The notes under the pieces are model-generated. The model saw only the letters and a program-made list of their open reading frames with translations. It had not been told where the DNA came from and searched no databases. A program made the translations under genes and the position numbers. DNA of 64,000 nucleotides from an uncultured Gammaproteobacteria bacterium (lineage in GTDB: Bacteria; Patescibacteriota; Patescibacteriia; Magasanikbacterales; UBA922): assembly GCA_964597575.1 (NCBI GenBank), contig CAZQXB010000001.1, positions 128,964-192,963 of the forward strand. Reading direction: 5' to 3'. This document shows, piece after piece, positions 40,185-48,559 of this stretch (positions are counted from its first letter, which is position 1; every line of letters begins with the position of its first letter).

Positions 40185-40973
40185 ATGTTTAAGCGAATTC
40201 TTCGAAAACACTTTTTGACACTGAGTGTTTTGCCTCTCGTTTTTTTACTCATGGCCGTAAAATGGCTTTTGGTTTCTTTTGGGCTAGAAATTATGCCCAT
40301 GAGTCCGCTTGTCGCGGCGATGGTATCGGCCAATGTCTTTTTGCTCGGTTTTCTTATCTCTGGCCTTCTTCCCGATTATAAAGAGGCGGAAAAAATTCCT
40401 GGGGAAATGTCCGCTTCTCTCGATGTTTTGGCTGATGAAAATCTTATTATCTGGAAACGACAAAAAGATCCAGCAGTTCAGGCATTTTTAGTGCATATTG
40501 CGGGTTTGGCCGGGAATATTGACCGATGGCTGCATAAACAAGAGCGCACTCAGGTAATCATGGCAGCCATTCGTGAATGTAATACGCACTTTGTGGCCAT
40601 GGAAACACTGACTCAGGCAAATTTTATTACCCGTCTCAAACAAGAGCAAAATGCACTCCGTAAATTCGTGATTCGCGTCCATTCCATCCGTGAAACCACG
40701 TTTATTGCAACCGCGTATGCGATTGCAGAGAGCTTTACTTTTCTTGTCATTCTTCTTCTCCTTTTTGTTCAAATGGGGCCACTCGGAGAATCGATCTTTT
40801 TTGTGGGGGCCATTAGTTTTCTTCTGACCTACATGATTGGGCTTATTAAAGATTTAGACAACCCCTTTCATTACCATGAAAATCGTCATCTCGACGATGA
40901 AATAGCGGTGGAGCCAATTCGCTTAGTTCAGCAAAAAATAGAGCGTGAATTGGAAAACATGAAGCAGGGGTAG
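40185..40973 (+). CDS. Four-TM membrane protein (bestrophin-like/DUF4239-type)
   Basis: Two TM pairs flanking a soluble region; 'LIKDLDNPF'. Confidence 0.65.
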   Translation: MFKRILRKHFLTLSVLPLVFLLMAVKWLLVSFGLEIMPMSPLVAAMVSANVFLLGFLISGLLPDYKEAEKIPGEMSASLDVLADENLIIWKRQKDPAVQAFLVHIAGLAGNIDRWLHKQERTQVIMAAIRECNTHFVAMETLTQANFITRLKQEQNALRKFVIRVHSIRETTFIATAYAIAESFTFLVILLLLFVQMGPLGESIFFVGAISFLLTYMIGLIKDLDNPFHYHENRHLDDEIAVEPIRLVQQKIERELENMKQG

Positions 40974-41108
40974 GATTTCATAAAAAATAGGATGGTAAAG
41001 CCCTTGACATGGTTCATTTTTCTGCTATACTACGCGCACATTTATTCATATCCCAAAATTTGGGATGCCGACTCCTTTTAAGGGTTCTGGCTAAAGGGGG
41101 ATTATAAT

Positions 41109-42293
41109 ATGGTCGCAAAAGCAAAAAAACAAGATGCCGCAATGGAGAGTGAGTTTGGAAAACTTTTGAAAGAATATTTTCAAATCTTGCCAAAAGTAGG
41201 CGATATCGTGTCAGGAACAGTTATTTCGATTGGAAACGGTATTGTCCGCTTGGACATTCAAGGGCTCACCACTGGTATCGTTCGTGGCCGTGAATTGTTC
41301 GGCGAATCAAGTGAATTTTCACATATTAAGGTGGGCGAGACCGTTGAAGCCACCATTATTGAACAGGAAAACGAAAATGGCGAAATGGAACTCTCGTTCC
41401 GTTCCGCTGGTCACCAGCGTGTCTGGGACCGCATGACAAAGCTCATGCAAGATGGTTTGACTCTTACTGCAAAAGTACTTCAGGCGAACAAAGGTGGGCT
41501 TATGATGCAGGTGGATGCGATTTCAGGCTTTATGCCAGTGTCGCAACTTTCTCCTGAGAACTACCCACGTGTTCCAGGCGGAGAAAAGAATCGTATTTTG
41601 GAAAAACTTCGTGAACTGATCGGCAAAGAAATGCAGGTAAAAGTGATCGATGTCAACCAAAAAGAAGAGAAATTGATTGTTTCTCAGAAAGCCGTGTGGG
41701 AAGATGAGCAGAAAGCTGTTCTCGATTCATATAAGATCGGCGACACCATTAAAGGGGAAGTGGCTGCGCTTACTTCATTCGGTGCATTCGTGAAATTTGG
41801 CGAAGGCTTAGAAGGTTTGGTCCATATTTCAGAAATTGCATGGCAGAGAATCGATCATCCGAAAGATGTACTTAAGGTTGGTGATCGCGTTGAAGCTCAA
41901 ATTATTGACCTCAACAAATCAAAAATCTACCTCTCCATGAAGCGCCTCGTGAATGACCCATGGAAGAGCGTGAAAGAGAAGTATAAGGTCGGCGATGTAG
42001 TAGAGGGTGTGGTTCACAAAATTGAACCGTTTGGCCTTATGGTCAAACTCGATAACGATATTCATGGTTTGGCTCATATCTCTGAACTTTCAGACACTCC
42101 AATGAAGGATGTTGAAGAAGTAAAACAGAAGTTTACCGTAGGGCAGCCATATGCCTTCGAAATTGTGAACATTGAACCTGCTGATCATCGGTTAGGTTTG
42201 AAACTCGAAGGGGTAAAAGGAAAACAAAAACGTGCTAAAAAGGATGCTCCTAAGAAAGAAGAAGGAAAAGAGGAAGCACCTGCACAAGAATAA
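41109..42293 (+). CDS. rpsA: 30S ribosomal protein S1 (four S1 domains)
   Basis: Repeated S1 motifs 'FGAFV....EGLVHISEI', 'GLAHISEL'; upstream TTGACA-16-TATACT. Confidence 0.92.
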   Translation: MVAKAKKQDAAMESEFGKLLKEYFQILPKVGDIVSGTVISIGNGIVRLDIQGLTTGIVRGRELFGESSEFSHIKVGETVEATIIEQENENGEMELSFRSAGHQRVWDRMTKLMQDGLTLTAKVLQANKGGLMMQVDAISGFMPVSQLSPENYPRVPGGEKNRILEKLRELIGKEMQVKVIDVNQKEEKLIVSQKAVWEDEQKAVLDSYKIGDTIKGEVAALTSFGAFVKFGEGLEGLVHISEIAWQRIDHPKDVLKVGDRVEAQIIDLNKSKIYLSMKRLVNDPWKSVKEKYKVGDVVEGVVHKIEPFGLMVKLDNDIHGLAHISELSDTPMKDVEEVKQKFTVGQPYAFEIVNIEPADHRLGLKLEGVKGKQKRAKKDAPKKEEGKEEAPAQE

Positions 42294-42298
42294 TGAAG

Positions 42299-42329
42299 CA
42301 AAAAATCCGACCGCAAGGTCGGGTTTTTG
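42299..42329 (+). terminator. Intrinsic terminator after rpsA
   Basis: AAAAATCCGACC-GCAA-GGTCGGGTTTTT. Confidence 0.82.
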
Positions 42330-42408
42330 TTTTGACAGGACCCTACCCCAAACGATTGACAAGCTCAATTTTTCCCTCTATACTGAAAAAACGACTTGAT
42401 CTTATTTT

Positions 42409-44238
42409 ATGAAGCAACTTTTGAAACAATTTTTCCTTGTTATTGCAGTCTTAACGCTTGTGGCGTACGGGCTTAGTTTCGCAGCAAATCGTGCGGAAAA
42501 ACCACAAGATGTGGGCATTAGTAAGCTTGTTGAGCAGATTGAAGCAGAGGAGGTAAAGAGCATCGAGGTGAGAGGGGATTACATGTATGTAACCCTCAAA
42601 AAAGAAGGTGAAAAACAGGAAAAGGTGCGCAAAGAATATACGCAATCATTTTCTGAACTCATGACCGACTACGGTGTGGCCGGAGAAAAACTTCAAGGTG
42701 TTGAGGTGTCAGTGAAGGATGAAAGTGGTGTTGCTTTTTGGGTAAAATCACTCGCACCTTACTTGCTTCCATTTCTTCTTTTGGGAGGCCTTCTTTTCTT
42801 CATGACCCGCCAGGTAAACGGAGCAAACAGCCGGGCGATGGGTTTTGGTCAAAGCAGCGCAAAAGAAGTAAAACCAGAAGAAAGCAAAGAAAAGAAAACC
42901 TTTAAAGATGTTGCAGGTGCCAAAGAAGCGAAGGAGGAGCTTGAAGAAGTCGTGGATTTCTTAAAGAATCCGAAAAAATTTGCAGACATGGGTGCAAAAA
43001 TCCCTAAGGGGGTGCTTCTCATGGGGTCTCCTGGTACCGGTAAGACACTTCTTGCAAAAGCCGTTGCCGGAGAAGCCGGAGTCCCATTTTTCCACATGAG
43101 CGGTTCTGAATTCGTAGAAATGTTTGTGGGGGTCGGTGCGTCACGGGTACGTGATTTATTTCAAAAGGCGAAAAAATCTGCTCCAGCGATTATTTTCATC
43201 GATGAAATTGATGCGGTAGGTCGGAAACGTGGTGCGGGTTTAGGTGGAAGCCATGATGAACGTGAACAAACCTTGAACCAAATTCTCGTTGAAATGGACG
43301 GGTTTGATCCAAACATTGGGGTGATCGTTATGGCGGCAACGAATCGCCCAGATGTACTCGATCAGGCACTTCTTCGCCCTGGTCGTTTTGATCGTCGAGT
43401 CGTCATCGATAAGCCAGACTTAGCGGCGCGTTTAGAAATTTTACAGGTGCATGCAAAAAACAAGCCGTTCTCTCCTGAGGTGTCTATGCAGCGGTTAGCA
43501 GAACGCACCCCTGGATTTACCGGGGCAGATTTGGCGAATCTTCTCAATGAAGCGGCCATTCTTGCGGTGCGCCGCGGAAAGAAAATTATTGATCAGACCG
43601 ATGTTTTGGAGAGCATTGATAAAGTAATTTTAGGGCCAGAAAAACGTTCACGGGTGATGACTGATAAAGAACGTGAAATGACCGCGTACCACGAAGCTGG
43701 CCACGCGATTGTAGGTCACTTTATGCCAAAATGCGACCCTGTGCGTAAGGTGTCGATTATTGGTCGTGGTATGGCCGGGGGTTACACCTTGTCGATGCCA
43801 GAAACCGATAAACGTTACGAAACACTCGGCGACTTTAAAGACGACATGGCTATGGCTATGGGCGGCTACGTGGCTGAAGTGATGATGTATGGCCGTGACA
43901 ACCTTTCAACTGGCCCATCGAGCGATTTGAAAAAAGCGACTCAGATGGCAACTGCCATGGTCGTGCGCTATGGTATGAGTGAAAAATTGGGAACGCGTGT
44001 GTTTGGAGAGAATGAAGAACTTATTTTCTTGGCACAAGAAATTCATGAAAAGAAAAATTATAGTGAAAAGACTGCTGAAATGATTGACAGTGAAATTGCC
44101 GCAATTTTAGAAGAAGCAAAACAACGCGCAGAAAAAGTACTACAAGAAAAGAAACACAAGATGGATGCGCTTGTAAAAGTACTCATGGCCAAAGAAACCG
44201 TAGAACAGGATGAGTTTAAAAAGATCATGGAGGCGTAA
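42409..44238 (+). CDS. ftsH: ATP-dependent zinc metalloprotease FtsH
   Basis: Two TMs, '[17 protein letters not shown]', SRH '[20 protein letters not shown]', 'HEAGH'; promoter TTGACA-17-TATACT at 42356-42384. Confidence 0.98.
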   Translation: MKQLLKQFFLVIAVLTLVAYGLSFAANRAEKPQDVGISKLVEQIEAEEVKSIEVRGDYMYVTLKKEGEKQEKVRKEYTQSFSELMTDYGVAGEKLQGVEVSVKDESGVAFWVKSLAPYLLPFLLLGGLLFFMTRQVNGANSRAMGFGQSSAKEVKPEESKEKKTFKDVAGAKEAKEELEEVVDFLKNPKKFADMGAKIPKGVLLMGSPGTGKTLLAKAVAGEAGVPFFHMSGSEFVEMFVGVGASRVRDLFQKAKKSAPAIIFIDEIDAVGRKRGAGLGGSHDEREQTLNQILVEMDGFDPNIGVIVMAATNRPDVLDQALLRPGRFDRRVVIDKPDLAARLEILQVHAKNKPFSPEVSMQRLAERTPGFTGADLANLLNEAAILAVRRGKKIIDQTDVLESIDKVILGPEKRSRVMTDKEREMTAYHEAGHAIVGHFMPKCDPVRKVSIIGRGMAGGYTLSMPETDKRYETLGDFKDDMAMAMGGYVAEVMMYGRDNLSTGPSSDLKKATQMATAMVVRYGMSEKLGTRVFGENEELIFLAQEIHEKKNYSEKTAEMIDSEIAAILEEAKQRAEKVLQEKKHKMDALVKVLMAKETVEQDEFKKIMEA

Positions 44239-44248
44239 AAGTGGATAT

Positions 44249-44279
44249 AAAAAAGACCCTTTCTAAAAGGGTCTTTTTT
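44249..44279. terminator. Bidirectional terminator between ftsH and the accessory unit
   Basis: AAAAAAGACCCTTT-CTA-AAAGGGTCTTTTTT. Confidence 0.82.
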
Positions 44280-44417
44280 GTAACTCAACTCACATAAGCT
44301 CTATAGAACATTCGCGCCAATTGACGAGTGGCAAAACCCAATTTCTTGGGGGGAGAGAGTGCCAATGATCAGATAGTGAAAAGTAGGTATAGAGCTTGTG
44401 TGAAATGATTGTTTTTT

Positions 44418-44486
44418 CTCTCACCATATTCTTTAAGAAGAATATGGAATTGAGAAGGTAATAGGGTCATTATAAACCCCATTACC
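44418..44486 (-). repeat. Two-hairpin structured repeat, copy 1
   Basis: Minus strand: GGTAATGGGGT..ACCCTATTACC-TTCTCA-ATT-CCATATTCTT-CTTA-AAGAATATGG-TGAGAG. Confidence 0.85.
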
Positions 44487-44508
44487 ATCCCTCCTGTTTG
44501 TGTGTTGT

Positions 44509-45003
44509 TTACTCCTTGATCGCCTTGAAGATGGCGAGGGTTTCGTCACACCACCAACCTGCATCGATGGTGCGACCAAAGAACTTCTTCTTCCAGCGAT
44601 CTGCCGGCTCGGGCCAGGGCTCGCGCACATCGAGAGAGGGTGCGAGAGAGCTCATCCGCCTATCGAGAGCCTCGAGGCGGAGAACCAGCTTTTTCAGCTG
44701 CGTCGGCGCGCCCTTTCCGAGCGTGTTTCGCACCTCGATCAAATCGTTCAGTTCATCTCTCTTTTTTGCCGCTCGCAACCATCGCGTCGGCCACTTTCCC
44801 TGGGGCGGAGGAGTCTTCTCGAAGAACTCTGCCGTTTTTTCGAGACCTTTGATCTGCGTCTCGAAGAAGGAGACGAGCTCCACTTTCTCCAGATCGAACA
44901 GACTTGTGATCATTTTCGCGATTTTTTCGAAGTCCTTCCCTGTCATCATCATTGTTTTCTCACTGAGGAGAAAGAGGGTCTTGGCCAAGTGGTTCGTCTT
45001 CAT
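44509..45003 (-). CDS. Hypothetical helical protein
   Basis: AAAGGAG SD before ATG 45003 (MKTNHLAK...). Confidence 0.7.
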   Translation of the reverse strand: MKTNHLAKTLFLLSEKTMMMTGKDFEKIAKMITSLFDLEKVELVSFFETQIKGLEKTAEFFEKTPPPQGKWPTRWLRAAKKRDELNDLIEVRNTLGKGAPTQLKKLVLRLEALDRRMSSLAPSLDVREPWPEPADRWKKKFFGRTIDAGWWCDETLAIFKAIKE

Positions 45004-45116
45004 GGTTGTAGCTCCTTTTTTCTCTTTCATCGCTACAAATGAAAGAGGTAACGTGGGCATGGTTGCCACACAAATTAAAGGTTTTTGTTTACCTCGGGTG
45101 AGGTAAACATATCCTT

Positions 45117-45178
45117 CTCTCATCCACTCTTTTTGCAAAGAGGGGAAATTGAGAAGCCAAGTATCGTACGGACTTGGC
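45117..45178 (-). repeat. Two-hairpin structured repeat, copy 2
   Basis: Minus strand: GCCAAGT..ACTTGGC-TTCTCA-ATT-TCCCCTCTTT-GCAA-AAAGAGTGGA-TGAGAG. Confidence 0.85.
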
Positions 45179-45204
45179 CACCGTTTTTTTAGAAATTTAC
45201 TTTT

Positions 45205-45831
45205 TTATACCTCCTTTTTAGCCTGCATAAGCAATTGCCCCCACCATCCATGGGTACACTGCACACCCGTGACCATCTCGAGCGTCTCCCTATCGATATT
45301 CAAAGGGAAAGTGAGATAGTTCGGATGCTTTTGAGCAAACTCCGTAAAGATAGTGTCGAGGTCTGCCCCACCCTGCAGTTGGGTTTTCAGCCACTCGATT
45401 TCATCACTATTGTAGCGTACACTCCTTTCGTCGCACGCAGCCTGTCCTTGAACAATAGCCTCGTGCAATATTTCAAACCAAAGCCTGTAGAGCGCCACCA
45501 CTACGAGTGGGCTGTTTTCATTAGCCCAATCCTCCTTTTTTTCGCTTACCGCGAGCCTCAACGCTTCGGCACCGCTTTCTCTGATCTGACAGGTGTACGC
45601 ATCGAATACGTACGGGTCAGCCGCCAGCTGCAGAATTCGAAGGGGTATGATTTTTTCGACCTCCTCTCCCATAGCCCTGAGTTCGGGGATATTTTTCCCC
45701 GCTTGGCTGACCATTCCGGCGGCGATCCACCCGAATATGTCTTGGTTTCCCGTTCCAGCGATCCACGCTGCGATGCTGGTCGGGATCCATGAGGGAAGAG
45801 CGTTAATTTTGTCGTTCATCGTGTTCTCCAT
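45205..45831 (-). CDS. Hypothetical protein
   Basis: ATG 45831 lies 6 nt after the GAGAGG of repeat copy 3 (MENTMNDK...). Confidence 0.7.
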   Translation of the reverse strand: MENTMNDKINALPSWIPTSIAAWIAGTGNQDIFGWIAAGMVSQAGKNIPELRAMGEEVEKIIPLRILQLAADPYVFDAYTCQIRESGAEALRLAVSEKKEDWANENSPLVVVALYRLWFEILHEAIVQGQAACDERSVRYNSDEIEWLKTQLQGGADLDTIFTEFAQKHPNYLTFPLNIDRETLEMVTGVQCTHGWWGQLLMQAKKEV

Positions 45832-45837
45832 TTTTTT

Positions 45838-45906
45838 CCTCTCACCACATTCTTTGTGAAGAATATGGAATTGAGGAGGCGAACAGTGTTGATACAACCG
45901 TTCGCC
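45838..45906 (-). repeat. Two-hairpin structured repeat, copy 3
   Basis: Minus strand: GGCGAACGGT..ACTGTTCGCC-TCCTCA-ATT-CCATATTCTT-CACA-AAGAATGTGG-TGAGAGG. Confidence 0.87.
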
Positions 45907-46032
45907 AACTTGTCCGAATGCTTTGGACTTTTTTCTCAAAACAGATACAGAATGTATCCGGAAACGCATCAAGAATGGCGCGGATCTTCACCGATAGTTT
46001 TGAAATTTCGGCGCTTTTATTTTTTTACTTCT

Positions 46033-46311
46033 CTACTCCACCAGTTCGTGGTGGAGATAGTCCTCGTCCCAGTTGGGCCGGGGACGGACTTCGATGAACC
46101 GGGCCCGTAGGCCCGAATCCGTAACCACCTCCTTTCTATAGTATGAGTCGAGCCCCTTGTGGGGCTTAGAGGAGCGAGCACCCCAGATGGGACGAGTGAC
46201 GAGCGACACTCGCCCATCACTTTCAATCATGTAATACGTCCACGTCTTCACGACGAGGACGTTTGCTCCCTCCTTTTTGTCGACGTCGCTTTCCTTGACG
46301 TCGACTTTCAA
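46033..46311 (-). CDS. Small hypothetical protein (start uncertain)
   Basis: 92-aa ORF co-oriented with the array; TTG start. Confidence 0.45.
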   Translation of the reverse strand: MKVDVKESDVDKKEGANVLVVKTWTYYMIESDGRVSLVTRPIWGARSSKPHKGLDSYYRKEVVTDSGLRARFIEVRPRPNWDEDYLHHELVE

Positions 46312-46343
46312 GCTTCTTTCGTTGTGCAGCTGTTTATTTGTTC

Positions 46344-46919
46344 TTATGAAGTAGCTACTTTCACGAGAATCTCGGCGAGCGCCCGAATGGTCGGACGCTC
46401 TGCGACCGGTTCACCACGTTCGAGGTGGTGAACCGAGCCCTTATAGACACCATCCTCGCCGAGCAAAGGAGTGGTGTCACTGGATCCGTGGTAGTCACTG
46501 TGAACTTCGGCCAGTACCGAAATCCCCAGCTCCTCGCAAAATGCCCGCCACTCAGGCAGGCGGCCCATGTCACCTGCGAGGAGGATGGCATGGGTGGCAG
46601 AGGCACAGATCTCTCTGTTCTCTGCCGATGGAATTCCCCCGATGTCTACCAACGTCAGGGGAAGCGCGACATTTTTCACCGAGTCTGCGATGCGCCGCAC
46701 AAACTCGGGGGTGAACTTTGATTTATAGGCGGCCTTGAGTTCGGCCGCCCGTTCTGGGGATGTGTTCACCGTCTCCTGGAACCAGGAGCCCTCCCCATCC
46801 GGACACGCCGTAACCACGTATGGGTACGGCGCGCCCGGGATGGCCCGGATCGCGTCTTTGAGGCCCTGCCTGAGGCAGGATTTGCCAGAACGCGGCGGGC
46901 CACACAGTACCACTTTCAT
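46344..46919 (-). CDS. P-loop/AAA-type ATPase of the kind associated with Csx3
   Basis: Walker A 'GPPRSGKS', 'ACPDGEGSW' motif, Walker B-like 'LVDIGG'; AGGAGG SD before ATG 46919. Confidence 0.75.
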   Translation of the reverse strand: MKVVLCGPPRSGKSCLRQGLKDAIRAIPGAPYPYVVTACPDGEGSWFQETVNTSPERAAELKAAYKSKFTPEFVRRIADSVKNVALPLTLVDIGGIPSAENREICASATHAILLAGDMGRLPEWRAFCEELGISVLAEVHSDYHGSSDTTPLLGEDGVYKGSVHHLERGEPVAERPTIRALAEILVKVATS

Positions 46920-46990
46920 GGTTGCCCTCCTGAGGATTGTTACCGAACACTGCATGAATCTCTTTAGATTATGCGTGCGTGGTTTTGGTT

Positions 46991-47068
46991 TCCTCAATTG
47001 ATATTCCGATAAAATTCAGCGTATCAATCGAGGATCCTATAGCTGTTTGTGTGCCAAACAACTATAGG
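46991..47068 (-). repeat. Divergent fifth copy of the two-hairpin repeat
   Basis: Minus strand: CCTATAGTTGTTTG..CAAACAGCTATAGG-A-TCCTCGATTGATA...TATCAATTGAGGA. Confidence 0.5.
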
Positions 47069-47255
47069 TCTCGAGTGCTTTGCCATTTATGTCCGGCGGA
47101 CAGGAGCTCTGCTTCTCCAAGGCTCACACAGTTTTGGTTGTGTGACCACCAGCCTGTCGTTTTCTAGAGTCAGGTATCTTCTTTTCCTAATGAAGAAAAA
47201 GAATCTTTACTCCAACCTGATAATCAATCAGGGAATTTTATCTAGAGGAAGTTGA

Positions 47256-47600
47256 TCAGACCTCCTTGACCTCCGTGGCCGGGATGACCTGCCCCAGGGC
47301 GAAGGTCGGGTTGTGGGTGATCGAGATCACGTACCCCCCCATCTTGGGGTCGAAGACCCCAACCGCACCGAACTTGTGGCACACCCCGTGCGCGATGACG
47401 CAGGCCGCGGGGAGCGAGGCCGGACCGTTGAGGAGGGCGATCTCCCCGCCCTGGAGCGCCAGGGCCTCGAGGGACGCCTTCGCGTCCCTCACGATCGCGT
47501 CGTTCTGGGCCGGGGTGCCGAAACCGATTTTCAAGAGCTTGCCGCTGCTGTTGCTGTTGTTGATGGTGATGGCGGTCGCGGTGACGTTGTAGGTCGACAT
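47256..47600 (-). CDS. csx3: Csx3/Crn3-family protein (putative cyclic-oligoadenylate ring nuclease)
   Basis: 'IGFGTPAQND.IVRDA', 'LNGPASLP...VIAH...H.FGAVGVFDPK...YVISITHNP....GQVI' resembles Csx3; GGAGGAG SD before ATG 47600. Confidence 0.78.
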   Translation of the reverse strand: MSTYNVTATAITINNSNSSGKLLKIGFGTPAQNDAIVRDAKASLEALALQGGEIALLNGPASLPAACVIAHGVCHKFGAVGVFDPKMGGYVISITHNPTFALGQVIPATEVKEV

Positions 47601-47936
47601 TTTGAAACTCCTCCACACTTTTAACGAGTCGTGGTCTCTCGTTTTGTAGCAGTGCTTTACTGCGAAAGCGTGTTCGTTTACCCTGGTACGAACCAACCAG
47701 TGTTTCATTATTGTTTCTTTATCTGCATGTTTTTTAATCACATGGATAAAGGAATGGGCTGAAACAACTACCCAGTGGTACACCACCATGATGACAGAAG
47801 AAAAGTAATGAACGGGTTTGCACTCATGCATCCATCATCTGTTTTTCTTGTGTCTATATCAGGAAATTTCTTCCTGCTACTCCTTTCCTGTACATACAAG
47901 CAGTACACGAATAGAGTGGTAGAAAGATATTTTTTT

Positions 47937-48010
47937 CCTCTCACCCGACTCTTCGTAAAGAGTAGGGAATTGAGGAGGCGATCGATTGTTGTGCAAACAA
48001 ATCAATCGCC
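47937..48010 (-). repeat. Two-hairpin structured repeat, copy 4
   Basis: Minus strand: GGCGATTGAT..ATCGATCGCC-TCCTCA-ATT-CCCTACTCTT-TACG-AAGAGTCGGG-TGAGAGG. Confidence 0.87.
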
Positions 48011-48141
48011 GTTCTCGAGTTGCAGCCAGGCATTTTGCCCAGCGAACCGAACAGACGTTCGGATCTTTCGCGCCGTTTTTTGAAGACGCGACTTTGGTTG
48101 GTGTGGACTATTTGTTGAGCGCGGTCCGAGCGCCTTTTTTC

Positions 48142-48423
48142 CTAAGTGGTGGCCATTTCGAATGCTTTTGCTCGCTCGGCGAGCCACTCTCGCGGACTGT
48201 CTCGCTTGAAGTGGCTTAGTGCCTCCTTGAACTTGCTTTCTGCGTGCTCGGCCGCCGTTCGGGCGGCTTGATACTCCTTCTCTACCTCCTCAAGGGAGGC
48301 CGAATCATAGAAGTCTTGCCTCCCTCTTTTTTTTGCCATCAGCCGTCTGAACATTAATTCCGATCCGGCTATCAACGAATTGGTCTCTTTTTCGACTTCG
48401 TTAAACTTTGCCTTGGTCATCAT
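48142..48423 (-). CDS. Small coiled-coil hypothetical protein
   Basis: MMTKAKFNEVEKE...; GGAGG upstream; first gene after the structured leader. Confidence 0.6.
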   Translation of the reverse strand: MMTKAKFNEVEKETNSLIAGSELMFRRLMAKKRGRQDFYDSASLEEVEKEYQAARTAAEHAESKFKEALSHFKRDSPREWLAERAKAFEMATT

Positions 48424-48559
48424 CGTTTTGTCCGTTCTGCCTCCATGTGAGGCGGTTGTGTTCGTGCCACTCTGGCAGCGAATGGTTTTTCGGCGCACGA
48501 ACTTTCATTCCTGCGCTCGTTTTGAAAAACAACTTCCTGTGTTATTTTTCAGAACGAAA

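Noticed and set aside
44498-45106. Long plus-strand ORFs (202 and 180 aa) opposite the 44509-45003 gene
   Set aside because: Likely shadow ORFs; the minus-strand frame has the SD and is co-oriented with the array.
47601-47831. N-terminal extension of the csx3 ORF given in the ORF track (191 aa)
   Set aside because: A strong GGAGGAG SD and an abrupt GC shift place the start at 47600; the upstream part is AT-rich and not protein-like.
44418-48010. CRISPR array interpretation of the repeats (prompted by csx3)
   Set aside because: Copies vary in sequence, are separated by 0.6-2 kb gene-containing intervals rather than 30-40-nt spacers, and no cas genes are present.
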